NCBI GenBank assembly: GCA_963785245.1
Contig: CAWAUO010000001.1
Span: forward strand, 256,549 to 320,548
DNA: 64,000 nucleotides
Direction: 5' to 3'
Source: an uncultured Actinomycetota bacterium
Lineage (GTDB): Bacteria > Actinomycetota > Acidimicrobiia > Spongiisociales > UBA5794
Shown here: piece by piece, positions 39,450-48,728 of the stretch
Layout of the letters: each line of letters begins with the position of its first letter
How positions within the stretch are numbered: the stretch's first letter is position 1
Made by a program: the position numbers and the translations under genes
The notes under the pieces: model-generated
Told to the model about the DNA's origin: nothing
The model's database searches: none
The model's input: the letters and a program-made list of their open reading frames with translations, nothing else

Positions 39450-40927
39450 CAGGCGACGCAGCGGAAACATTCATCGCCGACCGGTCCCTCTCCGATGAGC
39501 GGGTCGAGGAAGCACTGATCGCCGAGATCGACCGGGTGCTCGGTCGTCCGGAGCGGCGGTCGTTCGCACCGGGCGAACGGATCGTTCGGGCGGATCGAGA
39601 ACTCACCGAGATCATCATCATCGCCGACGGCAAGGTGCGGCTCTCACGCTCCGAGGACGGCGAGCGCAAGACATTCCACATTCGGACCGCTGGGCGCATC
39701 ATCGGCCTCATCGCCCTGACCCTTGGGACCTCGGCGTTCTTCGATGTGGTCGCTGAAACCGAAGTCACCGCAATCCCCGTCTCCTACGCGGATCTCAATC
39801 GCGCACTGACCTCGAGCCCACCGCTCGCCGGTCACTTCACGACCGTGCTCCTCCGATCCTTCGCACGCAGGGCCGTCCGTGCTGTCGAGCAGCACAACGA
39901 GATCGACGACTTGAACTCGACGCTCGAGTCAGAACGCGATCGGTTGCGGGAGACGCTGAGCGAACTCGCCGCCACGCAGACGCACCTCGTCGAGTCCGAG
40001 AAGCTGGCAACGCTTGGCGAACTCGCTGCCGGTATCGGGCACGAACTGAACAACCCGGTCGCTGCCATCGTACGCGCCGTGGACTTCCTCGAGGAGGACG
40101 TGGAGAGCCTCCTCGAGGAGCGGCACGGTGAGGACGGAGCCGCGGCGTATCTCCATGCGGGGATCGACAGCCGACCCCTGCCGACGGCCGAGGAACGCCG
40201 CAGGCGTGGTGAGTTCGAGAAGTCCGGTCTGAGCTCGGGGATCGCCCGCCGGCTCGTCAAGGTTGGCGTTGCGTCGCCCGAGGAGTATCGGGAACGCTTC
40301 GGTGGGCTCGATGACTCGGAGGCGGCTGCTCAGCTTGACGACATCGAACGGTTCTACGACCTTGGCCTCGCCCTCCGCAATATTGGCTCGTCGGCTGGCA
40401 GGATCGCTGATCTCGTTGGAAGCCTCCGCACGTATGCCCGATCGGGCCAGGAACTCAGCACGAACATCGACCTCAATCACGGCCTGGAGGACACGCTCGT
40501 TCTTCTCGGACACCGATCCCACGGGGTCGCCGTCGAACGCGACTACGGGGAGCTGCCACCCATCGAGGGCTCCCCGGGCAAGCTCAACCAGGTGTGGACG
40601 AACCTGATCGTCAATGCCCTCCAGGCGCTCGATGGGTCGGGATCGTTGACGATACGAACCGATGCCCCCGAGAACGGGCACGTTCGCGTCCAGGTGATCG
40701 ACTCCGGTCCGGGTATCGCCGCCGAGCATCTCGCGAAGGTCTTCGACCTCCGCTTCACAACCCGGGAGGGCCGCGTCGAGTTCGGCCTCGGCCTCGGTCT
40801 TCGCATCTGTCAAGACATCGTCGCGCAACATGACGGGACGATCGACGTTGAGTCACAACCAGGCCGGACCTGCTTCACCGTGATTCTCCCAACAACACAA
40901 CCCGAGCATTCCGGAGGAGTGGCATGA
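39446..40927 (+). CDS. cytoplasmic sensor histidine kinase with N-terminal cyclic-nucleotide-binding (cNMP/Crp-like) domain
   Basis: No TM segments. IVRADRELTEIIIIADGKVRLSR (cNMP beta-roll), HisKA GIGHELNNPV, and an HATPase_c segment (LTIRTDAPENGHVRVQVIDSGPGI, GLGLGLRICQDIV). Start overlaps the transporter stop. Confidence 0.8.
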   Translation: MTGDAAETFIADRSLSDERVEEALIAEIDRVLGRPERRSFAPGERIVRADRELTEIIIIADGKVRLSRSEDGERKTFHIRTAGRIIGLIALTLGTSAFFDVVAETEVTAIPVSYADLNRALTSSPPLAGHFTTVLLRSFARRAVRAVEQHNEIDDLNSTLESERDRLRETLSELAATQTHLVESEKLATLGELAAGIGHELNNPVAAIVRAVDFLEEDVESLLEERHGEDGAAAYLHAGIDSRPLPTAEERRRRGEFEKSGLSSGIARRLVKVGVASPEEYRERFGGLDDSEAAAQLDDIERFYDLGLALRNIGSSAGRIADLVGSLRTYARSGQELSTNIDLNHGLEDTLVLLGHRSHGVAVERDYGELPPIEGSPGKLNQVWTNLIVNALQALDGSGSLTIRTDAPENGHVRVQVIDSGPGIAAEHLAKVFDLRFTTREGRVEFGLGLGLRICQDIVAQHDGTIDVESQPGRTCFTVILPTTQPEHSGGVA

Positions 40928-41415
40928 CCGAACTCGCGATCCTCATTGTCGAGGATGAGCCCGAGGTACGCGACGCGTTGATTCGTGACATCGAACCCTT
41001 CGAAGGACAGTTCCGAATCGAGGCGGCCGAAGACGTGGACGATGCCCACGCGGCGTTGCAGAGCCTCGACGACGCTGGACAGCGGGTGGCGCTCGTCCTC
41101 TGTGATCACCTGCTGCCCGGGGTTCACGGGGTGGATTTCCTCATCGAACTCAACGAGGACAAGAAGACGAATCCGGCGCGCAAGGTGCTCGTCACCGGTC
41201 AGGCTGGGCTCGAAGATACGATTCGCGCGGTCAACGACGCCGATCTCGATCACTACATCGCGAAGCCGTGGGAGGAAGCCGATCTGCAGCACATCGTCCG
41301 TGAGCAACTCACGGAGTACGTGTCGAGATGGGTCGACGACCTCCTCCCGTATGTCCCGATCCTCAACGGTGCAAAGCTGATGGCCATCGTCGCCGCACGA
41401 GGCTACGACCGCTGA
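40924..41415 (+). CDS. stand-alone response-regulator receiver protein (CheY-like, no output domain)
   Basis: ILIVEDEPEVRD...LVLCDHLLPG...KVLVTGQAG. Start overlaps the HK stop. Confidence 0.8.
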   Translation: MTELAILIVEDEPEVRDALIRDIEPFEGQFRIEAAEDVDDAHAALQSLDDAGQRVALVLCDHLLPGVHGVDFLIELNEDKKTNPARKVLVTGQAGLEDTIRAVNDADLDHYIAKPWEEADLQHIVREQLTEYVSRWVDDLLPYVPILNGAKLMAIVAARGYDR

Positions 41416-41540
41416 CGAGTCCCCAATTCTGGCCTCTCCCACGGAGTGGGGGAGGCGCGAGCACCGACCGCCGGGCCGGAGCGCAGCGGAGGGGGCTCTG
41501 GGAGTCGGCAGGTGACGATGAGACCTACGCGGCTACTCCG

Positions 41541-42014
41541 CTACGCGTCGCGCGTGAGGTCAGGCAGCGTCCCCTTCGCGATGTGTTCGAAGATCAGGGC
41601 AGTCTCGATATGGTCGACTTCTCTCATCGTGGTGAAGCCACTCACCGCCAGATCTCGCAAGTGGTCGGCGTCGCGGACGACGACGTGGGCGAGGAAGTCG
41701 TTCGGTCCGGTCACGTGGGAGATGCTGATCACCTCGGGCATCGAAGCGGCGTGCCGGCGGAACGCGTCAACCTCTTCGGCCGCGTGGCGGCGGAGGCGGA
41801 CGGCGATCATGGCTTGAAGGCCGATGCCGAGCGCGCCCGGTTCGACCGTGGTGTGGAACCCGGTGAAGACCCCGTCGGCCTCGAGACGGCGCATTCGCTC
41901 TGAGCAGGTCGATGGGGCAATCCCCACTCGGGCGGCGAGTTCCTTGTTGGAGAGCCGCGCATTCTCCTGAAGGATCGCAATGATTGCGTGATCCGTACGG
42001 TCGAGCGTCGACAT
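41541..42014 (-). CDS. Lrp/AsnC-family transcriptional regulator
   Basis: MSTLDRTDHAIIAILQENARLSNKELAARVGIAPSTCSERMRRLEADGV; 157 aa. The rest of ORF 41541..43391 is an antisense shadow of the lyase gene. Confidence 0.8.
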   Translation of the reverse strand: MSTLDRTDHAIIAILQENARLSNKELAARVGIAPSTCSERMRRLEADGVFTGFHTTVEPGALGIGLQAMIAVRLRRHAAEEVDAFRRHAASMPEVISISHVTGPNDFLAHVVVRDADHLRDLAVSGFTTMREVDHIETALIFEHIAKGTLPDLTRDA

Positions 42015-42074
42015 TCCTGCCTTTCGACGAATTCTCTGCGGGCTGAGTGGCCAGCAGGGGAAGGATACCCCACA

Positions 42075-43421
42075 ATGGGGCCACAGGTAGGCGGTCCGTA
42101 CGGAGAAGTCTCCGTATCGACGTACAGCGCACGGAAGGAAGACACGGTGCGGGACGAGTACGACGACACGATTGCGGGGCGGAAGCTCTCGCCCGAGACG
42201 CTGATGATGAGCTACGGCTACCGACCGGAGTGGTCGGAAGGTGCCATCAAGAGCCCGATCTTCCAGACCTCGACGTTCGTGTTCGAGTCGGCGGCTGACG
42301 GGAAACGTTTCTTCGCGCTCGCCGAGGGGTCGGTTGACGCCGAACCCGGGGAGAAGCTGGGCCTCATTTACAGCCGCCTCAATAATCCTGATCTCGAGAT
42401 CCTCGAGAACCGCCTCACCCTGTGGGACGGAGCGGAACGGGGCCTCGTCTTCGCTTCCGGCATGGCGGCGATCACGACGACCATCCTTGCGTTTGTCCGG
42501 CCGGGTGATGTGCTGCTTCACACGGCCCCGGTTTACGGCGGCACCGATCATTTCGTGCGGGACCTCTTGCCAGAGTTCGGGATCCGCTCCGTCGAGTGGG
42601 AGCCGGGGATGTCGGAGTCCGACGTCGATGCACTCCTCGAGGCCGCGCTCGATGGCCGTCGCCTCGGTGCAATCCTCATGGAGACACCGGCCAACCCGAC
42701 CAACGACCTCTTCAGTATCTCGATGGCGCGCCGTCTCGCAGACCGCCACGCCACCCCCGGTGATCACGTTCCGGTGGCCGTCGACAACACGTTCCTCGGC
42801 CCACTCTGGCAGCACCCGCTCCGCCATGGTGCAGACCTTGTGATCTACTCGGCGACCAAGTACATCGGCGGTCACTCCGATCTCATCGCCGGGGCCGTGT
42901 TGGGGAACGCACCGCTGATGGGAAAGGTCGCCGGTATGCGCACCGTGCTCGGCAGCATGGCCACGCCGATGAACTCCTGGTTGATGATGCGAAGTCTCGA
43001 GACCCTCGACCTCCGGATGCGGCGCGAGACCGCTTCTGCCGAGAAGATCGCAGCGTTTCTTGTGACACACCCCAAAGTGGTCGAAGTCAACTATCTCGGT
43101 TTGTTGCGAGAGGGCGACCCCGGATACGACATCTACCAGGAACAGGCAGAAGGCCCCGGAGCGATGATCTCGTTCTGGATCGACGGCGGCGAGGAAGAGG
43201 CGTTCCGCTTCATCGACGCACTCAGCCTCATTCATCTCGCTGTCAGCCTCGGCAGCACGGAGACGCTGGTCGAGCATCCCGCCACGATGACGCACAGCGG
43301 CGTCGATCCCGACGAGAAGAAGAAGCTGAGAGTGAACGGTTCCCTCGTTCGCTTCTCCATCGGCGTCGAGAACCCCGACGATCTGATCCATGACATCTCA
43401 AACGCGCTCGACGCGATCTGA
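42075..43421 (+). CDS. methionine gamma-lyase / Cys-Met-metabolism PLP enzyme (cystathionine gamma-lyase family)
   Basis: YSRLNNPDLEILENRLTLWDGAERGLVFASGMAAI...VIYSATKYIGGHSDLIAGAV (PLP-lysine region). Start at ATG 42075; a GTG at 42147 is an alternative. Divergent from the Lrp gene, as in mdeR-mdeA. Confidence 0.75.
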   Translation: MGPQVGGPYGEVSVSTYSARKEDTVRDEYDDTIAGRKLSPETLMMSYGYRPEWSEGAIKSPIFQTSTFVFESAADGKRFFALAEGSVDAEPGEKLGLIYSRLNNPDLEILENRLTLWDGAERGLVFASGMAAITTTILAFVRPGDVLLHTAPVYGGTDHFVRDLLPEFGIRSVEWEPGMSESDVDALLEAALDGRRLGAILMETPANPTNDLFSISMARRLADRHATPGDHVPVAVDNTFLGPLWQHPLRHGADLVIYSATKYIGGHSDLIAGAVLGNAPLMGKVAGMRTVLGSMATPMNSWLMMRSLETLDLRMRRETASAEKIAAFLVTHPKVVEVNYLGLLREGDPGYDIYQEQAEGPGAMISFWIDGGEEEAFRFIDALSLIHLAVSLGSTETLVEHPATMTHSGVDPDEKKKLRVNGSLVRFSIGVENPDDLIHDISNALDAI

Positions 43422-43435
43422 CGAAAGGACAGGCA

Positions 43436-44815
43436 ATGACGCGAAGCTGGGCCGAGCCCTGGAAGATCAAGATGGTCGAACCCATCACGATGACGACGCG
43501 AGGAGACCGTGAACGGGCCATCCACGAGGCCGGCTTCAATACGTTCCTCCTCAAGTCAGCCGACGTCTACATCGATCTCCTCACTGATTCCGGCACATCC
43601 GCCATGTCCGACCGGCAATGGTCGGCGATGATGATCGGCGACGAGTCATACGCCGGGGCGGACAGCTTCTACCGTCTCGTCGATGCCGTGCACGACGTGT
43701 ACGGATACGAGGAACTCATCCCAACCCACCAGGGGAGAGGCGCCGAACACCTGCTCAGCCAGATCCTGATCAAGCCGGGCGACGTGATCCCCGGCAACAT
43801 GTACTTCACGACGACGCGGTTCCATCAGGAGTACGCCGGTGGCCTCTTCGTGGACGTCATCATCGACGAGGCCCACGATCCGGCGAGCGAGTTCCCGTTC
43901 AAGGGGAACGTCGATCTCGACAAGCTCCGTGCGGTCGTCGACGAGTACGGGGCCGACCGCGTTCCGTACGTCTCATTCGAGACCAATGTGAACATGGCAG
44001 GCGGACAGCCGGCCTCGATGGCGAATCTCCGTTCGGTCTGCGAGTACTGCCACGCGAACGGCATCCTGGTGATGCTCGATGCCACCCGGGCACTCGAGAA
44101 CGCCTACTTCATCCAGCAGCGAGAGTCGGGCTACGCCGATCGGTCGGTCGCCGAGATCGTGCGCGAGATCGCCTCCTATTCGGATGGGGCCACGGTGTCG
44201 TCCAAGAAGGACAACCTCGTCAACATCGGAGGATTTCTGGCACTCCGGGATCCTGAGCTTGCCCGCCGGGCTCGGGCACTCCTGGTCGCCTTCGAAGGGC
44301 TCCACACCTACGGCGGCATGTCCGGTCGCGACATGGAGGCGCTGGCGGAAGGCATCCGCGAGATGGTGGCAACCGACGATCACGTGCGGGCACGGGTGGG
44401 TCAGGTCGAGTATCTCGGTCGGAGGCTCATCGAGGCCGGCATCCCGGTCGTTCGACCGATCGGCGGACATGGGGTCTTCCTCAACGCAAGCGCGATCCTC
44501 AGCCATATGCCTCAGGATCACTTCCCGGCGCAGGCACTCACCGCGGCGATCTACCGGGACTCTGGGGTACGCGGCATGGAGCGGGGCATTGTTTCTGCCG
44601 GTCGGGATCCAGAGACGGGCGAGAACCGACGGCCGAGCCTCGAACTGGTCCGGCTGACGATTCCCCGCCGGGTGTACACCCAGTCGCACATGGATGTGAC
44701 CGCGGAATCAGTCATCGAAGTCTGCAAACACCCCCAGGACGTCACCGGCCTCCGCTTCACCTATGAACCAGACTCCCTGCGGTTCTTCCAGGCCAGATTC
44801 GAGGAGATCGACTAG
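43436..44815 (+). CDS. tryptophanase / tyrosine phenol-lyase family beta-eliminating lyase (PLP-dependent)
   Basis: 459 aa; MVEPITMTTRGDRERAIHEAGFNTFLLKS...SSKKDNLVNIGGFLALRD (PLP-binding Lys). Confidence 0.8.
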   Translation: MTRSWAEPWKIKMVEPITMTTRGDRERAIHEAGFNTFLLKSADVYIDLLTDSGTSAMSDRQWSAMMIGDESYAGADSFYRLVDAVHDVYGYEELIPTHQGRGAEHLLSQILIKPGDVIPGNMYFTTTRFHQEYAGGLFVDVIIDEAHDPASEFPFKGNVDLDKLRAVVDEYGADRVPYVSFETNVNMAGGQPASMANLRSVCEYCHANGILVMLDATRALENAYFIQQRESGYADRSVAEIVREIASYSDGATVSSKKDNLVNIGGFLALRDPELARRARALLVAFEGLHTYGGMSGRDMEALAEGIREMVATDDHVRARVGQVEYLGRRLIEAGIPVVRPIGGHGVFLNASAILSHMPQDHFPAQALTAAIYRDSGVRGMERGIVSAGRDPETGENRRPSLELVRLTIPRRVYTQSHMDVTAESVIEVCKHPQDVTGLRFTYEPDSLRFFQARFEEID

Positions 44816-44854
44816 GGCGTTCTTCTCCGCTATCGACCGACATCCTCAACCTGC

Positions 44855-45560
44855 CTAGATCATGATGGGGAGGCTGAGGAGGATGATCGCACCGATGACG
44901 ACGCCGACAATGCCGATGATGTTGACGGCGAGCCGATTCCAGCGGCTCTCCAGCTTGGAAGCGACGCCGGAGAAGAACAGGACGGCAGCGAACAGCACCG
45001 CCGTCAGCACGTAGTTGTCCCCATTCTGGTTCGCAGCGCGAGCGTCGACCGCCGCCTGATCGGCGACGAGCGCCAACGCGTCTGCCTCGTCGAACTCGGC
45101 AATCGTGTACTCGGGCATCACGAACGGGCTGGTTGGAGCGTTGGGATTGCCCGCTGGGTCGGATGCGAGCCAAGCATCCATGGCTGGGCGGAACTCATCG
45201 CGGAGGCGGAGGTAGAGAAACCCCGAGAATGTCTCCGGAGTGGGAACGAACGCCGTGCCATCGTACGGCACGACCTTGCCGCTCTCGACATCGTCGAAGT
45301 AGGCCCCGACAATATCGGTGTACATCGCGACGTCGATCTGGGCCAGTTGCCCGCCAGCGCGTGTCTGCCCGTGTCGATTCCGTGCGCGAGGCCCCGGCAA
45401 TCGAGAACTGGATTGACTGTTCGCCGCCCCACTTGGCCGCCTCGAAAGCCGCCCACGCTGTCAGCACAACGGCGATCGCCACCACGATCGATGCGATCGA
45501 CTCGAGGCGCGAGTTGAAGGTGGATCCGGACGCGGGCGAAGGGCTCTCAGATTCAGGCAT
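44855..45560 (-). CDS. membrane protein (N- and C-terminal TM helices) split over two frames; apparent frameshift near 45375-45395
   Basis: ORF 45195..45560 has a protein-like N-terminus (MPESESPSPASGSTFNSRLESIASIVVAIAVVLTAWAAFEAAKWGGEQSIQ) that turns to junk. ORF 44855..45400 is junk-like at its start and then protein-like (AGGQLAQIDVAMYTDIVGAYFDDVESGK...). The junction lies in ACGCGCTGGCGGG. Confidence 0.4.
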
Positions 45561-45593
45561 GCCGGGGTTCGTACCTGCCGAACGGATCAGTCG

Positions 45594-46550
45594 CTAGACG
45601 GGAACGTGATCCACGATGTGACGCTCGAGGATCTCCCAGGTCGACGGGTGAGCAAGTTCGTCACGCATCGAGCGGAGCGTTGCGAGGAACGAGGGAACGG
45701 CGGCTTCGACCGACATCGGATTCGGGCGGGAGATCTCGAGGACGCGCTCATCCGGCCGCAACACCAGCACATCAGTTTCGGGCCACAGCTTCTTCAGGCG
45801 TTCAATCTCCGCGGCGAGAGCCGTCCGTCCGGCTCGGTCGAGGAGGTCTTCGTAGAACCGTCCACCATGGCGGGTATCGGTCGCAGCCATCGGTGCGACG
45901 ACAATGACGAGATCGAGTGGATCGGGATTCGCGAGCAGGAGATCGACGCTGGTCCCGGACGCTACGCCGCCGTCGGCGTAGGTGCGGCCGTCGATCGTCA
46001 CGGGTTCATACACGAACGGCACGGCGCTTGAGGCAGCGACCGCCTGTTTGAGTGAGACGACTGGTGCGGCTTCGGTACCGAACGGCACGCGGGCTCTGCT
46101 GTCGAGGTCGTAGGCCACGATGACGGTCGGAAGCTCCGGCCAGCCGTCCGCAAGATCGCCGAGGCTTTTCTCCACCCAGCCAACGAGGGCATCGGTGGAG
46201 TAGATGCCGGGGCTGCCGAGGACGATGCCGAGGCCGGGGCGGGTGATGCTCGGCACGAGGCCTTGCCTGACCCAGCGCAGGAGCCCGCGAGGCCGGATCC
46301 GCTGGTAGACGTTCCCCGCAAGCCATTCGACGACCTCGTCGTCGTGTCGAGACTCTCCGACCATGGTGTCGAGGTTGAGGGCCCCTCCGCGAACGAGTGC
46401 AGCGATGAACGAACCAGAGGACGTGCCGATCACGACATCGGCGCTCGTCGCATTCCATCCGGTCGCCATCTGCAGAGCAAAGAGCGTGCCGAAGTGATAC
46501 GAGGCCCCGGTGATTCCACCACCACCGAGAACGAGACCTACCGAACTCAT
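45594..46550 (-). CDS. patatin-like phospholipase
   Basis: GLVLGGGGITGASYHFG (oxyanion Gly-rich), GTSSGS (GxSxG nucleophile), ADGG (catalytic Asp). Confidence 0.75.
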   Translation of the reverse strand: MSSVGLVLGGGGITGASYHFGTLFALQMATGWNATSADVVIGTSSGSFIAALVRGGALNLDTMVGESRHDDEVVEWLAGNVYQRIRPRGLLRWVRQGLVPSITRPGLGIVLGSPGIYSTDALVGWVEKSLGDLADGWPELPTVIVAYDLDSRARVPFGTEAAPVVSLKQAVAASSAVPFVYEPVTIDGRTYADGGVASGTSVDLLLANPDPLDLVIVVAPMAATDTRHGGRFYEDLLDRAGRTALAAEIERLKKLWPETDVLVLRPDERVLEISRPNPMSVEAAVPSFLATLRSMRDELAHPSTWEILERHIVDHVPV

Positions 46551-46603
46551 GGACAGAGGATACGACGTTCGCCGCGGCGTCCATGCCACCGTATCGTGGC
46601 GGC

Positions 46604-47455
46604 ATGCAACCGACCCCTCCAGATGCAGCGGCGATCGACCGATTCCTCGCCGAGGTAGCAGAGGTCGATGGCCATCCACCTCTCTCGGGCAACAAACTCG
46701 CCATGATCGATGCCGGGTCGGACCGGGTGGGTGTTTGGGGTGACAGCGAGGGTATCTGCCTTGTTGGTGTGGCCGCCCATCACGCGGGCGATGGCCATTG
46801 GGCGGTCGAAGCGGCGTTGGCATCGCGGCGGCGGGGCTCAGCTGGGGAGGAGGAGGCGATCAGGAACGCGGCGGCGCTTGTGCCCGACGGCGACCATCAC
46901 ACCCTGTGGGCGTTCCGCAGCCGGCAGATCGAGGCAGCGAACCGACTCGGGTACGTTGGGGGCAGGAGCGTCCTGCGCATGTCCGCTCCGATGGCGGATG
47001 TCGTCCGGGTTCCCTCATCCGGGGTCTCGGTTGTGCCGATGGCGGAAGCGGATGTCGGTGCGATTGTTGCGATCAATAACCGGGCGTTCGCCGATCATCC
47101 TGAGCAGGCAGCCATGACGTCCGAGTCATTCGATGTGCTGTCCAGATCCAGGTGGTTTGACCCCGACGGCGTCGCGGTGGCTCGGTGCGAGGGCGGCATC
47201 GTTGGATTCTGTGTCACGAAGGCGGAGGGGAGCGGCGTCGGCGAGATCTATCTGCTCGCCGTCGACCCAAACTCTGAAGGTTCGGGCTACGGCGCGATGC
47301 TTGCGAGTGCCGGGTTCGAGTGGCTGGCACGCCGTGGTGCCACGACCGCATCGGTATGGGTGGACAGCACCAACCACGGCGCAATCCGCATTTACCGCAA
47401 GCTCGGGCTTGCGGAGGACTTCCGGAATCGCGAGATGACGCCCGCTACCGGATAG
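46604..47455 (+). CDS. mshD: mycothiol synthase (tandem-GNAT mycothiol acetyltransferase)
   Basis: About 283 aa with two GNAT halves; N-terminus ...IDRFLAEVAEVDGHPPLSGNKL; second-half GNAT motif IVGFCVTKAEGSGVGEIYLLAVDPNSEGSGYGAMLASAG. Confidence 0.7.
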   Translation: MQPTPPDAAAIDRFLAEVAEVDGHPPLSGNKLAMIDAGSDRVGVWGDSEGICLVGVAAHHAGDGHWAVEAALASRRRGSAGEEEAIRNAAALVPDGDHHTLWAFRSRQIEAANRLGYVGGRSVLRMSAPMADVVRVPSSGVSVVPMAEADVGAIVAINNRAFADHPEQAAMTSESFDVLSRSRWFDPDGVAVARCEGGIVGFCVTKAEGSGVGEIYLLAVDPNSEGSGYGAMLASAGFEWLARRGATTASVWVDSTNHGAIRIYRKLGLAEDFRNREMTPATG

Positions 47456-47470
47456 TGGTCTCCGTCGACG

Positions 47471-47683
47471 CTATCCGAACGGTTGCCCGCATGCGGAACA
47501 ACCCGAGTCGTCCTCACGGGTCTGGGCGAGGCACCACGGGCATGGAAGATCCGCAACCGCTTCTTCCCTACTGAAGAAGGGTTGGACTTCCATGACCGGT
47601 GTCGCCGTTGACGTGCGGGACGATGTCCCGATAGCGACGAACGCAACAGCAATGAACACCGACGCAATCGCAATCTCAAACAT
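47471..47683 (-). CDS. small membrane/zinc-ribbon-like protein (70 aa)
   Basis: N-terminal TM (IAIASVFIAVAFVAIG) and C-terminal CPWC...CSAC. Confidence 0.3.
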   Translation of the reverse strand: MFEIAIASVFIAVAFVAIGTSSRTSTATPVMEVQPFFSREEAVADLPCPWCLAQTREDDSGCSACGQPFG

Positions 47684-47775
47684 CTGAGTCTCCTGGCTCG
47701 TACGACGACTCGATGTTATGACCAGAGCGCGAAATCTCCCGGTATTTCAGGCGAAACGCGGGCGCAGCAACGTTC

Positions 47776-48513
47776 CTAGGGGTTGGCGATCTCCGCTGCC
47801 TGCCGGAGATCGGCGACCGTCTGCGCGTAGGCGTCGGCGCCGTGGTCGGACATCCGCTGCTCGGCCTCGTACACAAGACGCATCGCAGCGTGGTAGACGA
47901 TCCACCGATTCAGCTGGATCGGGCCCAACATCCGCCCGTACCCCTGTTGCAGGGCCTCAGCTGCGAGCGGCCCGGCCTGGGAACCAAGCAGCCACGTCGC
48001 TTTCGATAGGTCCCACTCCGGCGGAGCGAGCGTGGCCCATTCCCAGTCGATCAGCGTCATTTCACCATCATCGTCGACGACAAAGTGCTCCGGTGTCGGA
48101 TCCGTGTGGGCGGGCAGCGGACCCGATGCTTCGGGCGGCGGCACGGCTGCGACGTCCGCGTACAGCTCGGCGTCGATGCCGACCCGGCCGCGGTAGCGAG
48201 CGAGCCGTCGCATGGTCGATGCATGATCCACGTCCACCCACTCAGCGTCCATACCGCGCGACAGATTCGAGATGTTGCTCGGGTCCGATGCGTGCAGCGT
48301 CTGGAGAATCGCCCCTGCACGCTTGGCCGCGTCCGAGCCGCCGGGCAGCGAGGCAAGGCTCCATTGTCCCGGATCCTTGAAGAGCGACCAGGACTCGTCC
48401 TCCGTCCCGACGCCGTCGATCTTGACGGGGATGCCGGGACGGCCACTCAACGCTTCGAGCGCATGGGTCTCGCGGCGCTCGCGCGCCGGCGTCCCGTACA
48501 CCTTGAGGAGCAC
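47776..48513 (-). CDS. aminoglycoside/choline-kinase-type phosphotransferase (APH family); 5' end uncertain
   Basis: HTDPTPEHFVVDDDGEMTLIDWEWA (catalytic loop plus D..W motif). N-lobe-like sequence (IAERIAAGDHFQDLTRPTKSLATNHLFRIWRDNGS) continues in frame upstream of the GTG at 48513 but is preceded by an in-frame TGA. Confidence 0.6.
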   Translation of the reverse strand: MLLKVYGTPARERRETHALEALSGRPGIPVKIDGVGTEDESWSLFKDPGQWSLASLPGGSDAAKRAGAILQTLHASDPSNISNLSRGMDAEWVDVDHASTMRRLARYRGRVGIDAELYADVAAVPPPEASGPLPAHTDPTPEHFVVDDDGEMTLIDWEWATLAPPEWDLSKATWLLGSQAGPLAAEALQQGYGRMLGPIQLNRWIVYHAAMRLVYEAEQRMSDHGADAYAQTVADLRQAAEIANP

Positions 48514-48728
48514 GCTCCCGTTGTCGCGCCAAATGCGAAACAGGTGGTTCGTCGCGAGTGACTTGGTCGGTCGAGTGAGATCCTGGAAGTGGTCTCCAGC
48601 GGCGATGCGTTCGGCGATTCGATAGGCGTCGATGATTCCTCCATTCCTGCTCGACCCATTGTGTCACGGTCTGCATCGTCGTGCGAAGGCGGTAGCCTTG
48701 CCTCTCCCGATTCCAGCGAGCGTTCACC

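Noticed and set aside
42015-43391. Upstream 460 aa of minus ORF 41541..43391
   Set aside because: Only the last 157 aa (the Lrp regulator) are protein-like; the rest is antisense of the methionine gamma-lyase gene.
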